Assembly: GCA_035995165.1 (NCBI GenBank)
Contig: DASYKU010000112.1
Span: 2,377 to 66,376, forward strand
Length of the DNA: 64,000 nt
DNA from: Mycobacteriales bacterium
GTDB lineage: Bacteria; Actinomycetota; Actinomycetes; Mycobacteriales; CADCTP01
Reading direction: 5' to 3'
The notes under the pieces are model-generated. The model was not told the DNA's origin, ran no database searches, and saw only the letters and a list, made by a program, of their open reading frames with translations. This document shows positions 18,371 to 27,538 of the stretch, piece after piece. The translations under genes and the position numbers were made by a program. Each line of letters begins with the position of its first letter. Position 1 is the stretch's first letter.

Positions 18371-19744
18371 GTGGTCTTCGCTTCCACCAATCCGGCCACC
18401 GGCAAGCTCGAGGCCTCCTTCGAGACGCTGGACGCCGCCGGGCTGGAGGCCCGGATCGCGGCGGCCGCCGCCGCGTTCGCGGTGCTGCGCCGCCTGGACG
18501 TGGCCGAGCGGGCCGCGCTGATGAGCCGCGCGGCCGATCTGCTGGCCGGCAGTGCCGCGCAGCTGGGCCCGATCGTCACCGCCGAGATGGGCAAGCCGCT
18601 CGCGCAGGCCGAGGCCGAGGTGGCCAAGAGCGCGGCCGGGATGCGGTTCTACGCCGAGCACGCGGCCGCGTTCCTGGCCGACGAGCCGGTCGACGCGGCC
18701 GAGGTCGGGGCCAGCGCGGCCTACCGGGTGTGGCAGCCGCTGGGGCCGATCCTGGCCGTGATGCCGTGGAACTACCCGATCTGGCAGGTGCTGCGGTTCG
18801 CCGCGCCCGCGCTGACCGCCGGCAACACGGTGCTGCTCAAGCACGCGGAGAACGTGCCGCGCACCGCGGCCTACCTGGAGGACCTGTTCGGCCGCGCGGG
18901 CTTCCCGGCCGGCGCGTTCGCGAGCCTGCACATCGAGGTGCCGGCGGTCGCGGACGTGCTGGCCGACCCGCGGGTCCGGGGCGCGACGCTGACCGGCAGC
19001 GAGGCCGCCGGCCGGTCGGTCGCCGCCCTCGCCGGGCAGCACCTGAAGAAGACCGTGCTGGAGCTGGGCGGCTCCGACCCGTTCGTCGTGCTGCCGTCGG
19101 CGGACCTGGACCGGGCCGCGTCCGTCGGGGTCAAGGCTCGCACCCAGAACACCGGCCAGAGCTGCATCGCGGCCAAGCGTTTCATCGTGCACACCGACGT
19201 CTACGACGGGTTCGTCGAGCGGTTCGTCCGCGGCACCCGCGCGCTGGTCGTCGGTGACCCGCGCCGCCGGGACACCGACATCGGGCCGGTGGTGAGCGAG
19301 GCCGCCCGGGACCGCCTGCAGTCGCTCGTGGACGATGCGGTCGGGCAGGGCGCGCGGGTGCTGTGCGGCGGCACGCCGCTGGAAGGGCCGGGGTGGTGGT
19401 TCGCGCCGACGGTGCTGGCCGGCGTCACCGGCACGATGCGCATCCACCGCGAGGAGGCGTTCGGCCCGGTCGCGACCCTCTACCGGGCGCAGGACCTGGA
19501 TGACGCGCTCGCGAAGGCCAACGACACGCCATTCGGGCTGGGCGCCAGCGTGTGGACGGCCGACGCGGCCGAGCGGCGCCGGTGCGTCGCCGAGCTGGAG
19601 TCCGGTGCGGTCTTCGTCAACGGCATGACCGCCTCGTACGCGCAGCTGCCGTTCGGCGGGGTGAAGAACTCCGGCTTCGGGACCGAGCTGTCCGAGCTGG
19701 GGATGCGCGAGTTCTGCGTGCCCAGGACGGTCTGGGTCGCCTGA
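18371..19744 (+). CDS. NAD(P)-dependent aldehyde dehydrogenase, succinate-semialdehyde-dehydrogenase-like
   Basis: ORF 18230..19744. Preferred start is GTG 18371, after gaaagggg. Motifs VMPWNYP, ELGGSDP and QSCIAAKR (catalytic Cys), plus EEAFGPV. Confidence 0.88.
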   Translation: MVFASTNPATGKLEASFETLDAAGLEARIAAAAAAFAVLRRLDVAERAALMSRAADLLAGSAAQLGPIVTAEMGKPLAQAEAEVAKSAAGMRFYAEHAAAFLADEPVDAAEVGASAAYRVWQPLGPILAVMPWNYPIWQVLRFAAPALTAGNTVLLKHAENVPRTAAYLEDLFGRAGFPAGAFASLHIEVPAVADVLADPRVRGATLTGSEAAGRSVAALAGQHLKKTVLELGGSDPFVVLPSADLDRAASVGVKARTQNTGQSCIAAKRFIVHTDVYDGFVERFVRGTRALVVGDPRRRDTDIGPVVSEAARDRLQSLVDDAVGQGARVLCGGTPLEGPGWWFAPTVLAGVTGTMRIHREEAFGPVATLYRAQDLDDALAKANDTPFGLGASVWTADAAERRRCVAELESGAVFVNGMTASYAQLPFGGVKNSGFGTELSELGMREFCVPRTVWVA

Positions 19745-19755
19745 GCCTGAGCCCG

Positions 19756-19786
19756 CCGGCCACCGTCCAGTTCGGACGGTGGCCGG
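19756..19786. terminator. hairpin, perfect 13-bp stem (ccggccaccgtcc / ggacggtggccgg)
   Basis: Read directly between the convergent ALDH gene (ends 19744) and the flavoprotein gene (ends 19795). Confidence 0.65.
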
Positions 19787-19794
19787 ACGCACGC

Positions 19795-21276
19795 TCAGAC
19801 GCGGGCGGCGTTGCGGCCCGCGATCCGCCCGAACACCGACCCGTTGGTCAGCCCCGACCCGCCGGGATAGTTGAAGTAGAACAGCCCGCCGGTCAGCTCC
19901 CCGGCCGCGTACAGGCCCGGGATCGGCTCCAGGCCGGTGTCCAGCACCTGCGCGTCCGTGCCGATCCGCAGCCCGCCGAACGTGTACGTCAGCCCGCAGG
20001 TCACCGCGTACGCCTGGAACGGCGGGGTGTCCAGGGTGTTGGCCCAGTTCGACTTGGGCACGGCCAGGCCGGTGGTGCCGCGGCCGTCCTTGACGTTCGG
20101 GTTGAACGGGATGCTCTGGTCGACGGCGGCGTTGTAGCGTTCGACCTCGGCCAGGAAGCCGGCCACGTCGATGCCGTCGAGCTTGGCCGCCAGCCCTTCC
20201 AGCGTGTCCGCGCTGGCCTTGGTCACCTCCCGGATCCGGTACTCGTCGCGCAGCATGTGCTCGACCTTGCCGTCGAAGACCTGCCAGGCCACCTGGTTGG
20301 GCTGCTCCAGCACGCGCCGGCCGTACATGGCGTAGGTGTAGTTGCGGAAGTCCGCGCCCTCGTCCATGAACCGCTTGCCGTCGGTGTTGAACACGACGCC
20401 CCAGGGATAGCTGTGCTTCTGGAAGCCGTCGCCGACCGCGAGGTCGCCGAACTCGGGCGCGTTGAGGTCCCACTGCACGGCGTGGCAGCCGGACCAGTTG
20501 CCGGCCGGGCTGGCCCCGATGTCCAGGGCCATCCGGATCCCGTCCCCGGTGTTGTACGAGCTGCCGCGCACCTTGGCCAGGTCCCAGCCGGGACCGAGGT
20601 AGCGGGTGCGCCACTCGGTGTTGGCCTGGAAGCCGCCGGCCGCGAGCACGACCGCGTCGCAGGCGATGGTCTCCTCCTTCCAGCCGTCCCGGACGACCAC
20701 GCCGGTGATCCCGTTCGGGCCGGTCTCCAGCGCGATCGCGCGGGCGCCGAAGCGGGTGCTCACGCCGGCCTTCTCGCTGGCCCGGGCCAGGAACTCGACC
20801 AGCCCGGGACCGCCGCCGACCGCCTCGACGGTCAGCCCGCCCCAGAACGTGTAGCGGCCGTCGACCTCGAACGCCTGCCGGCCGTAGATGGGGGTGAAGC
20901 GGATGCCGTTGCCCTGCATCCACTGCATCGTCGGCAGGCTGTTGGACACCAGCGTGGTGGCCAGGTCGGGGTCGGCGCGGTACTTGGTCACGTGGGCGAG
21001 ATCGTCGAAGAACTTCGACTCGTCGTAGCGGCCGAAGTCGGTGACCGCCTGCTGCTGCGGGCTCAGGTCCGGCACCAGGCTGAGGATGTCGTCCAGGCCC
21101 TCGTACGCGACCCGCATCGCGCCGGCGGTGAAGGCGGTGTTGCCGCCGCGCTTGGCCACCGGGGCCCGTTCCAGGACGGTGACCTGCGCGCCCTGCTCGG
21201 CGGCGGACAGCGCGGCGCACAGCCCGGCGTTCCCGCCTCCCACCACGACGACGTGCCTGGCCGGCTGCTCGTTCAC
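19795..21276 (-). CDS. FAD-binding dehydrogenase, TcuA-like / fumarate-reductase flavoprotein family
   Basis: C-terminal 493 aa of ORF 19795..22278. GTG at 21276 follows GGGAGAGG. Dinucleotide motif VVVVGGGNAGLCAAL and C-terminal GLYAAGE.... Confidence 0.85.
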   Translation of the reverse strand: MNEQPARHVVVVGGGNAGLCAALSAAEQGAQVTVLERAPVAKRGGNTAFTAGAMRVAYEGLDDILSLVPDLSPQQQAVTDFGRYDESKFFDDLAHVTKYRADPDLATTLVSNSLPTMQWMQGNGIRFTPIYGRQAFEVDGRYTFWGGLTVEAVGGGPGLVEFLARASEKAGVSTRFGARAIALETGPNGITGVVVRDGWKEETIACDAVVLAAGGFQANTEWRTRYLGPGWDLAKVRGSSYNTGDGIRMALDIGASPAGNWSGCHAVQWDLNAPEFGDLAVGDGFQKHSYPWGVVFNTDGKRFMDEGADFRNYTYAMYGRRVLEQPNQVAWQVFDGKVEHMLRDEYRIREVTKASADTLEGLAAKLDGIDVAGFLAEVERYNAAVDQSIPFNPNVKDGRGTTGLAVPKSNWANTLDTPPFQAYAVTCGLTYTFGGLRIGTDAQVLDTGLEPIPGLYAAGELTGGLFYFNYPGGSGLTNGSVFGRIAGRNAARV

Positions 21277-21293
21277 GAGGACACCTCTCCCAT

Positions 21294-22751
21294 TCAGTTG
21301 CGGACGATCACGGTCTTGAGCTGGCTGTAGTGCTCCAGCGCGGCCAGCCCCTTCTCGCGGCCGAGACCGCTCTGCTTGTAGCCGCCGAAGGGCGTCTCGA
21401 CCCCGCCGAGCGGATAGCCGTTGATCTGGACCTGGCCGGCCTCCAGCAGGCGCGCGAGCCGGTGCGCGGTCGACAGGTCGCGGGTGAACACCCCGGCCGC
21501 CAACCCGTACGGGGAGTCGTTGGCGATCGCGACGGCCTCGGCCTCGGTGTCGTACTCGATCACCGACTGGACCGGGCCGAAGATCTCCTGCTGAGCCACC
21601 CGCATGTCGTTGCGGACGCCGGCGAGCACGGCCGGGGTGAGGAAATAGCCCGGCAGCGACGGGATCGCGGTGCCGCCCACGACGAGCCGCGCGCCCTCGT
21701 CCCGGGCCGCGTCCAGCGCCGCGGTGACCTTGCGCAGCTGCGGTTCGGACGCGACCGGGCCGAGGTCGGGGTCCGCCAGCCCGCGCCCGACGCTGAGGCC
21801 GCCGACCGCGACCGCGAGCCGCTCGGTGTAGTCGCGGGCGATCGAGCGGTGCACCAGGATCCGGGTGGTCGCGAAGCAGGACTGGCCGGCGTTGCGGACC
21901 ACGGCCATCGCGCCCGCGGTGACCGCGGCGTCCAGGTCGGCGTCCGGCAGCACGATCGTCGGGGACTTGCCGCCGAGCTCCAGGTTGACCCCGACGATGC
22001 GCTCGGCGGCGGCGTGCAGGACGCGGCGGCCGGTGGCGACCGAGCCGGTGAAGCCGATGTGCGCGACCGAGGGATGCTCGACCAGCGCGGCGCCGGTCTG
22101 CGGACCGGTGCCCATGACCACGTTGCAGACGCCGGGCGGCAGTCCCGCTGCCACGAACAGCGCGGCGGCGGCCAGGCTGGTCAGCGGCGTGACCTCGGAC
22201 GGCTTGACCACCACGGTGTTGCCGGCGGCCAGGCTCGGCGCGACGCCCCGGCACATCTGGCTCAGCGGGGAGTTCCACGGCGTGATGTGGGCGACCACCC
22301 CGTACGGCTCCCGCAGCGTGTAGGCCCAGTAGGGGCCCTCGCCAGGGATGACCGAGCCGTACTGCTTGTCGGCGGCTCCGGCGTAGAACTCGAAGTAGCG
22401 GGCGGCGGTGGCGACGTCGCCGCGGGCCTGCCGCAGCGGCTTGCCGGTGTCGACGGACTCCAGGCGGGCCAGCGGTTCCAGGTCGCGGCGCAGCGCGGCG
22501 GCGACGCGGTGCAGCGCCTCGCCGCGCCCGACCTCGCCCAGCGGCCGCCAGACCCCGCGGAACGCCTGCCCGGCCGAGTCCACCGCGTCCCCGACCTCCG
22601 CGGCCGTCGCGGCCCGCACCTCGGTCAGCAGGCCGCGGTCGGCCGGGTCCAGCACCGCGATCGGATCGCCGGTGGTGTCGAGGGTCTTGCCGTGCACGTA
22701 CCCGCCGGGGACGTGGCCGCCGGGGAAGAAGCGGTCCAGCTCGGCGTTCAC
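21294..22751 (-). CDS. aldehyde dehydrogenase family protein
   Basis: C-terminal 485 aa of ORF 21294..24449. GTG at 22751 (GTGA overlap with the upstream gene). Motifs ITPWNSP, ELGGKSP, QSCFATTR and QEIFGPV. Confidence 0.9.
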   Translation of the reverse strand: MNAELDRFFPGGHVPGGYVHGKTLDTTGDPIAVLDPADRGLLTEVRAATAAEVGDAVDSAGQAFRGVWRPLGEVGRGEALHRVAAALRRDLEPLARLESVDTGKPLRQARGDVATAARYFEFYAGAADKQYGSVIPGEGPYWAYTLREPYGVVAHITPWNSPLSQMCRGVAPSLAAGNTVVVKPSEVTPLTSLAAAALFVAAGLPPGVCNVVMGTGPQTGAALVEHPSVAHIGFTGSVATGRRVLHAAAERIVGVNLELGGKSPTIVLPDADLDAAVTAGAMAVVRNAGQSCFATTRILVHRSIARDYTERLAVAVGGLSVGRGLADPDLGPVASEPQLRKVTAALDAARDEGARLVVGGTAIPSLPGYFLTPAVLAGVRNDMRVAQQEIFGPVQSVIEYDTEAEAVAIANDSPYGLAAGVFTRDLSTAHRLARLLEAGQVQINGYPLGGVETPFGGYKQSGLGREKGLAALEHYSQLKTVIVRN

Positions 22752-23734
22752 CGGCCCGGCCAGACGACGACGTCGGCCGGATCGACGCTGCCGCCGTGCA
22801 GCACGGCCTCGGCGTTGTCGTACGCGCGCCGGATCACCCGGGGGAAGTTGTCGGCCACCGCGCCGCCGACATGCGGGGTGAGCACGACCCGCTCCAGGCC
22901 CAGCAGCGGCGAGTCCGCGGCGATCGGCTCCTGGGCGGTCACGTCCAGCCCGGCGCCCAGCACCTGTCCACTGGCGACAGCGCGGGCCAGCGCGGGCTCG
23001 TCGATCAGCGAACCACGGGCGGTGTTCACGATGATCACCCCCGGTTTCGTCCGGGCCAGGAAGCTCTCGTCCACGATCCGGTCGGTGCCCGGCGTGCTCG
23101 GCAGGTGCAGCGAAATCACGTCCGCGGTCCCGATCAGCTCGTCCTGTTCGACGTACCGGGCGTGGCAGGCCCGCTCGACCGCCGGGTCGACCGGGGCGAG
23201 GTCGTAGTAGACGATCTCCACCCCGAAGCCGGCCATCCGGGTCGCCACCGCGCGGCCGATCGCGCCGAAGCCCAGCAGCCCGTACCTGCGGCCGAGCAGC
23301 TGGAACGACTCCGCGCGCAGTTCCTCCTTGGCCAGCAGGCCCTTGCGGGCCGCGGCGGTGGCCTTGTCGTAGTGTCGGCCGACGGCCAGCGTCAGCAGGA
23401 CCGCCAGCTCGGCCACCGCGTCGGCGTTGATCCCGGCGGCCTTGAGCACCACGACACCGCGCGCGGCGGCCGCGGTCGCGTCGATCTTGTCGACCCCGAC
23501 GCCGAGCTTCTGGATCACCCGCGCGTGCGGGGCCGCGGCGATCGTGTCCGCGTCGACGGAACCCCACATGGTCAGCAGCACGTCCGCGTCGCGGGCGGCG
23601 ACGCGCTTGGCCGCGGGGGTGCCGTCGTCGGCGGCCGCGAGCGCGTACGCCGGGGTGAAGATCTCCTCGATCACCCGCAGCGAGGCCGCGGGCATGGCGT
23701 CCAGGACGGCGACGGTGGGGGTCCGGGCGGTCAT
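22748..23734 (-). CDS. D-isomer-specific 2-hydroxyacid dehydrogenase (NAD-binding)
   Basis: ORF 22748..23734. Motifs GLLGFGAIGRAVA, NTARGSLID and LDV...EP...LTPHVGG. Confidence 0.9.
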   Translation of the reverse strand: MTARTPTVAVLDAMPAASLRVIEEIFTPAYALAAADDGTPAAKRVAARDADVLLTMWGSVDADTIAAAPHARVIQKLGVGVDKIDATAAAARGVVVLKAAGINADAVAELAVLLTLAVGRHYDKATAAARKGLLAKEELRAESFQLLGRRYGLLGFGAIGRAVATRMAGFGVEIVYYDLAPVDPAVERACHARYVEQDELIGTADVISLHLPSTPGTDRIVDESFLARTKPGVIIVNTARGSLIDEPALARAVASGQVLGAGLDVTAQEPIAADSPLLGLERVVLTPHVGGAVADNFPRVIRRAYDNAEAVLHGGSVDPADVVVWPGR

Positions 23735-23737
23735 CGC

Positions 23738-25360
23738 TCAGCCCCGCAGCAGTTCGAACAGCGGGCGGGACGGAGCCGGATCGACGTGCGCCCCGACGAG
23801 CATCGGCCGATCGCCGTGCAGGCCCTTGGCCACCGCGACCCGCAGCTCCTCGGCGTCGTACGCATCCACGCCGTCGATGCCGAGCGCGCCGGCCAGCTTG
23901 CCGCACTGGATCGGCGGCAGCGTGACCCCGACGGTGGCCAGCTTCCGGCGCTCCTGTTTCACCTGGATCTGGGTCAGCGCCCGGTCCATGAGCACGACGA
24001 ACACGGCCGGCGCGCCGTCGCCGGCCGAGACCGCCAGCTCGGTGGCGCGCATGAGCAGCGAGCCGTCCCCGAGGAAGGCCAGCACCGGCCGGGCGCCGGC
24101 CCGGCGCGCCCCCACCGCGGCCGGGATCGAGTAGCCCATCGTGGACAGCGCGTTCGAGGCCAGGAACCGGTCCGGCAGCGTGGGCTCGCTGAGTAGCGCG
24201 ATCAGCGGCTTGCTGAACCCGGCGTCGGCGACGAGGTAGCCGTCGGACGGCCACGCCGACAGCGCCGCATCCACCGCGTGCGCCACCGAGAACGTGTCCG
24301 AGTCCGGCAGGAGCGTGGCGCGCACGCCCCGCCGGTAGGCGGCGACATCCTCGGCGGTCCAGGCCGATGGTCCGCCGCCCCGTTCGGTGAGCGCGGCCAG
24401 CGTGGCGTCCGGATCGAGGACCAGCCGATCGGCGAACGGGTTCATCCACTCGGTGAACAGCTCATCGGTGATCGCGACCGGGTTCGCGCCGAAGCACCAC
24501 GGCTTGTTGTAGAAGTCGAACGCCTCGGGATCAATCATGACGACCAGATCGGCCCGGTCCAGGATCGCCTTCTCGAACCGCCCATTGAGAAACGTTCCGG
24601 CATGAAAGGGGAACGCGGGGTCGAGGGCGCCCTTCTGCCGGGTCGTGGTGAACACCGGCACCCGCCAGGCCGCCGCGAACGCGGTGACGGTCGCCCGGCT
24701 GACCCGGCGGCGCCGGCCGCCGAGCACGAGGGCCGGCCGCTCGGAGACGGCGAGCCGGTCCCGCAGGCCGTCCGGTGCAGCGGTGGCCCGGAGCGCGGGT
24801 CCCGCGGACCAGCGGTCGTGCAACTGCCGCACCGCGGCCTCGGCGGCCGCGTCGGTGGCGACCGCGGGGGAGGTGGACACTCCGTCCGGGATCTCCAGGT
24901 ACACCGGACCCGGCCGGCCGGACATCGCCTCGTCCAAGGCCTTGCCGAGCACGGCGGGCAGGTCCATCCCGGCGGTCACCCGGGCCCGCCACTTGGTCGC
25001 GGGGGCGACCAGGGACTCGATGTCGAACCCCTGCCGGACCACGAACGGCAGCCCGTCGGCCGGGTGCTGGCCCGAGATCAGCAACAGCGGGACCTGCTCC
25101 AGGTATGTGTTGAGCAGCCCGTTGATTCCGTTGCTCACGCCCGGGGCGAGGGACAGCACCGCGACACCGGGCAGTCCGGTCAGCTGTGCGTCGGTCGCGG
25201 CCATGATCACCGCGGAGGTCTCGTCGAAGGCCGTGCAGTACTCCAGGCCCGCGCCGGCCAACGCGTCGAGCAAGGCCATGTGATCCTCGCCAGGCAAGCC
25301 GTAGATCCGCCTGACCCCGAGTGTGTGCAGCATCCGGCCTAGTTGCCGCCCAACGTCCAC
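23738..25360 (-). CDS. thiamine-diphosphate-dependent enzyme, acetolactate-synthase-like family (paralogue 3, more divergent)
   Basis: ORF 23738..25360, GTG start. Motifs ...IYGLPGEDH..., FDETSAVIMA and GDGSLLM.... Confidence 0.85.
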   Translation of the reverse strand: MDVGRQLGRMLHTLGVRRIYGLPGEDHMALLDALAGAGLEYCTAFDETSAVIMAATDAQLTGLPGVAVLSLAPGVSNGINGLLNTYLEQVPLLLISGQHPADGLPFVVRQGFDIESLVAPATKWRARVTAGMDLPAVLGKALDEAMSGRPGPVYLEIPDGVSTSPAVATDAAAEAAVRQLHDRWSAGPALRATAAPDGLRDRLAVSERPALVLGGRRRRVSRATVTAFAAAWRVPVFTTTRQKGALDPAFPFHAGTFLNGRFEKAILDRADLVVMIDPEAFDFYNKPWCFGANPVAITDELFTEWMNPFADRLVLDPDATLAALTERGGGPSAWTAEDVAAYRRGVRATLLPDSDTFSVAHAVDAALSAWPSDGYLVADAGFSKPLIALLSEPTLPDRFLASNALSTMGYSIPAAVGARRAGARPVLAFLGDGSLLMRATELAVSAGDGAPAVFVVLMDRALTQIQVKQERRKLATVGVTLPPIQCGKLAGALGIDGVDAYDAEELRVAVAKGLHGDRPMLVGAHVDPAPSRPLFELLRG

Positions 25361-25375
25361 ACGCCCGCCCTAGAG

Positions 25376-25394
25376 TTGTATGCAAACTGCATGG
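25376..25394. promoter_or_regulatory. candidate GntR operator GTATGCA-aact-GCATGGA (contains inverted ATGCA/TGCAT)
   Basis: ttgtatgcaaactgcatgg lies 16 bp upstream of the ThDP-3 start, in the 66-bp MFS/ThDP-3 gap. Confidence 0.45.
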
Positions 25395-25426
25395 AATCCG
25401 AGACTAGACCAGTCCGTACGAGGGGA

Positions 25427-26749
25427 TCAAGGGGATCTGACGCCCGACGCCCCGTCCGTGGTCACGTCGCCGGCGACTCCGGCGGGCCGGGGTGGCGCGG
25501 GCTCGTCAGCGGAGGCCAGGGCGGCGGCGAACCGTCGGGAGATGCCGGGCGCCCGCCGGAGCACGAGCAGCCCGCCGAGGCAGGCGGCCAGCGCCGCGAT
25601 CCCGCCGGACAGCACCGACCAGCGCGCGCCCGCGACCCCGCCGATCCAGCCGACTATCGGCGAACCGATCGGGGTCGTGCCCTGCTGCACCACGACGTAG
25701 AGGGCGATCACCCGCCCGCGCAGCGCGGGTGCGGTCGAGAGCTGCACCGCGGTGTTGCAGCTGTTCAGGAACGTCACGGTGCACAGACCGATCGGCACCA
25801 GCAGCACCGCGTACGCCGCGTACGTCGGCATCACGCCAGCCAGCGTGAGCAGGCAGCCGAACGCGATCCCGGCAGCGACGAGCAGTGCCAGCCGGGGCCG
25901 CTCCCGGCGCGCGGCCAGGACGGCGCCGGCGAGCGAGCCGATCGCCATCACCGAACCGAGCAGGCCGTACTCGCGCGGTCCCTTGCCGAACGGCCCGGTG
26001 GCCATCAGTGCGTTGGTGAGCTGGAAGTTGAGCCCGAACATGCTGACCACGCCGGTCATCGCGAACACCAGCACGAGGTCCGGACGGTGCCGGACGTACG
26101 ACAGGCCCTCCCGGACCTGACCCTTGCGGCGGCGGGCACGGTTCGACGCGTACATCTCGCCGGGGCGCATCCGGGCCAGGGCCACCAGCACCCCGGCGAA
26201 GCTGCCCGCGTTGATCAGGATCGCCGGACCGGTGCCGGCCGCGGCGATGACAAGTCCGGCGACGCCGGGACCGATCAGCCGTCCGACGTTGAGCGAGGCG
26301 CTGTTCAGGCTCACCGCGCTGGTCACGTCCGCCCGCGGCACGACCTCCGACACGAATGCCTGGCGGGCGGGGTTGTCGACCGCCGACGCAATGCCCAGCA
26401 GCAGGGCGCAGGCGAACACGTGCCAGAGCCGGACCGTGTGCGTCACTGTGAGCGTGCCGAGAACCAGCGCGCTCAGGCCCATCACGCTCTGGGTGACCGC
26501 TAGCACCCGCCGTTTGGAGTACTGGTCGGCGATCAGCCCGGCGTGCGCGGAGAACGCGATGAGCGGCGCGAACTGCAGGCCGGTGACGACGCCCACGGCA
26601 AACGCCGAGTGGCGGGTCAGGATGACGAGCACCAGCCAGTCCTGGGCTGTCCGCTGCATCCAGGTACCGGTGTTCGAGACGACCGTGCCCGTAGCCCAGA
26701 GTCGGTAGTTCCGACTGCGGAGCGCGCGAAACGATGAGCTCATGACCAT
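25427..26749 (-). CDS. MFS transporter (EntS/MFS_3-like)
   Basis: C-terminal 440 aa of ORF 25427..27106 starting MVMSSSFRALRSRNYRLW. About 12 hydrophobic helices; the N-terminal motif is typical of the DUF894/MFS_3 clade. Confidence 0.85.
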   Translation of the reverse strand: MVMSSSFRALRSRNYRLWATGTVVSNTGTWMQRTAQDWLVLVILTRHSAFAVGVVTGLQFAPLIAFSAHAGLIADQYSKRRVLAVTQSVMGLSALVLGTLTVTHTVRLWHVFACALLLGIASAVDNPARQAFVSEVVPRADVTSAVSLNSASLNVGRLIGPGVAGLVIAAAGTGPAILINAGSFAGVLVALARMRPGEMYASNRARRRKGQVREGLSYVRHRPDLVLVFAMTGVVSMFGLNFQLTNALMATGPFGKGPREYGLLGSVMAIGSLAGAVLAARRERPRLALLVAAGIAFGCLLTLAGVMPTYAAYAVLLVPIGLCTVTFLNSCNTAVQLSTAPALRGRVIALYVVVQQGTTPIGSPIVGWIGGVAGARWSVLSGGIAALAACLGGLLVLRRAPGISRRFAAALASADEPAPPRPAGVAGDVTTDGASGVRSP

Positions 26750-26770
26750 CGAACCACCCGGTGTCAATGA

Positions 26771-26790
26771 TTGTATGTAACCAGAACACA
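26771..26790. promoter_or_regulatory. candidate GntR operator GTATGTA-acca-GAACACA
   Basis: ttgtatgtaaccagaacaca lies about 22 bp upstream of the MFS start. Confidence 0.4.
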
Positions 26791-26876
26791 ATATGCCGAG
26801 AGTTCTCCGGCAGTCAGGCGCGGGGTCGATCAATTGGTGGCGTTGCCGATCGGGCTGCCGACACCTGGGGCGAGCC

Positions 26877-27112
26877 GGGTCTGTTGCATGCGTCGAGCCC
26901 GGCGGCGGCGCTTGGGCTCGACTGAGGAAGCTGACCGCGTGCGTCGACCTCGAGCCGTCCGTCCCTGCGTTCCTCGGTCGGCGTTTGCCGGGTTTCGGTT
27001 CCCACCCGACGTGATCACCCTCGCGGTCCGGTGGTACCTGCGCTACGGCCTGTCCTACCGCGACTTGGAAGAGCTGCTCGCTGAGCGCGGTGTCGAGGTC
27101 GACCACGTCACC
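26877..27112 (+). mobile_element. IS6-family element, left end: terminal inverted repeat plus first ~58 codons of the transposase
   Basis: GGGTCTGTTGCATG at 26877 resembles the IS26-type IR GGCACTGTTGCAAA. GTG at 26939 follows gaggaag. The translation ...FAGFRFPPDVITLAVRWYLRYGLSYRDLEELLAERGVEVDHVT is the conserved IS6 N-terminus; similarity stops at 27112. Confidence 0.75.
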
Positions 27113-27244
27113 GGTGTCTACCTCAGCTGTGCCCGACAGGCCGGGTCTGGCTCAAGACCGGGAGTAGCCGACCGTCCGCCTGCCCAGGGGTTGAGTTGGC
27201 TCCTGCCTGTGAGACTGCGGCTCGCCACGACCGGCCGCGATCGG

Positions 27245-27340
27245 CCGCGGACGACGCTGAAGTCCGCGAGCTGAGGCGTCGGAACAAGCAACTGGAGCAG
27301 AGAACGAGATCCTGCGTCGGGCGACGGCCGACGTCGCCGG
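27245..27340 (+). mobile_element. IS3-family orfA scrap (leucine-zipper end, frameshifted)
   Basis: ...DDAEVRELRRRNKQLEQ then, one frame over, ENEILRRATA. This is the characteristic end of IS3 OrfA; there is no DDE region nearby. Confidence 0.45.
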
Positions 27341-27538
27341 AGGCACTCCTAAGCTGTATTTCCGTTGGCCCTCGACTCTCACGCCAGGTTGCCCAACTGA
27401 CCGGCGACGACCGCCGCACCGACTGACCGCCAGCTTCAACTGCTGTTACACCCGGTTTCAGACGGCTTTGAGTGGTGGACCGGATCGTCTCCCCAGCGCA
27501 CGGAATGAGGCCGTGCCGGGCTGATGGGAGCGATCACC

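Noticed and set aside
16826-21220. 1464-aa ORF on the minus strand
   Set aside because: Same low-complexity R/P/G/A composition. It runs through PrpD, an opposite-strand ALDH and the flavoprotein gene, all of which have clear family motifs in their own frames.
21294-24449. 1051-aa ORF read as one giant protein (likewise 6665..9067, 8323..9834, 19795..22278, 48207..49877, 49193..51277)
   Set aside because: Only the C-terminal part of each carries family motifs. The N-terminal extensions are off-frame read-through across the upstream gene. Internal ATG/GTG starts with RBS or 4-nt overlaps give normal-length proteins.
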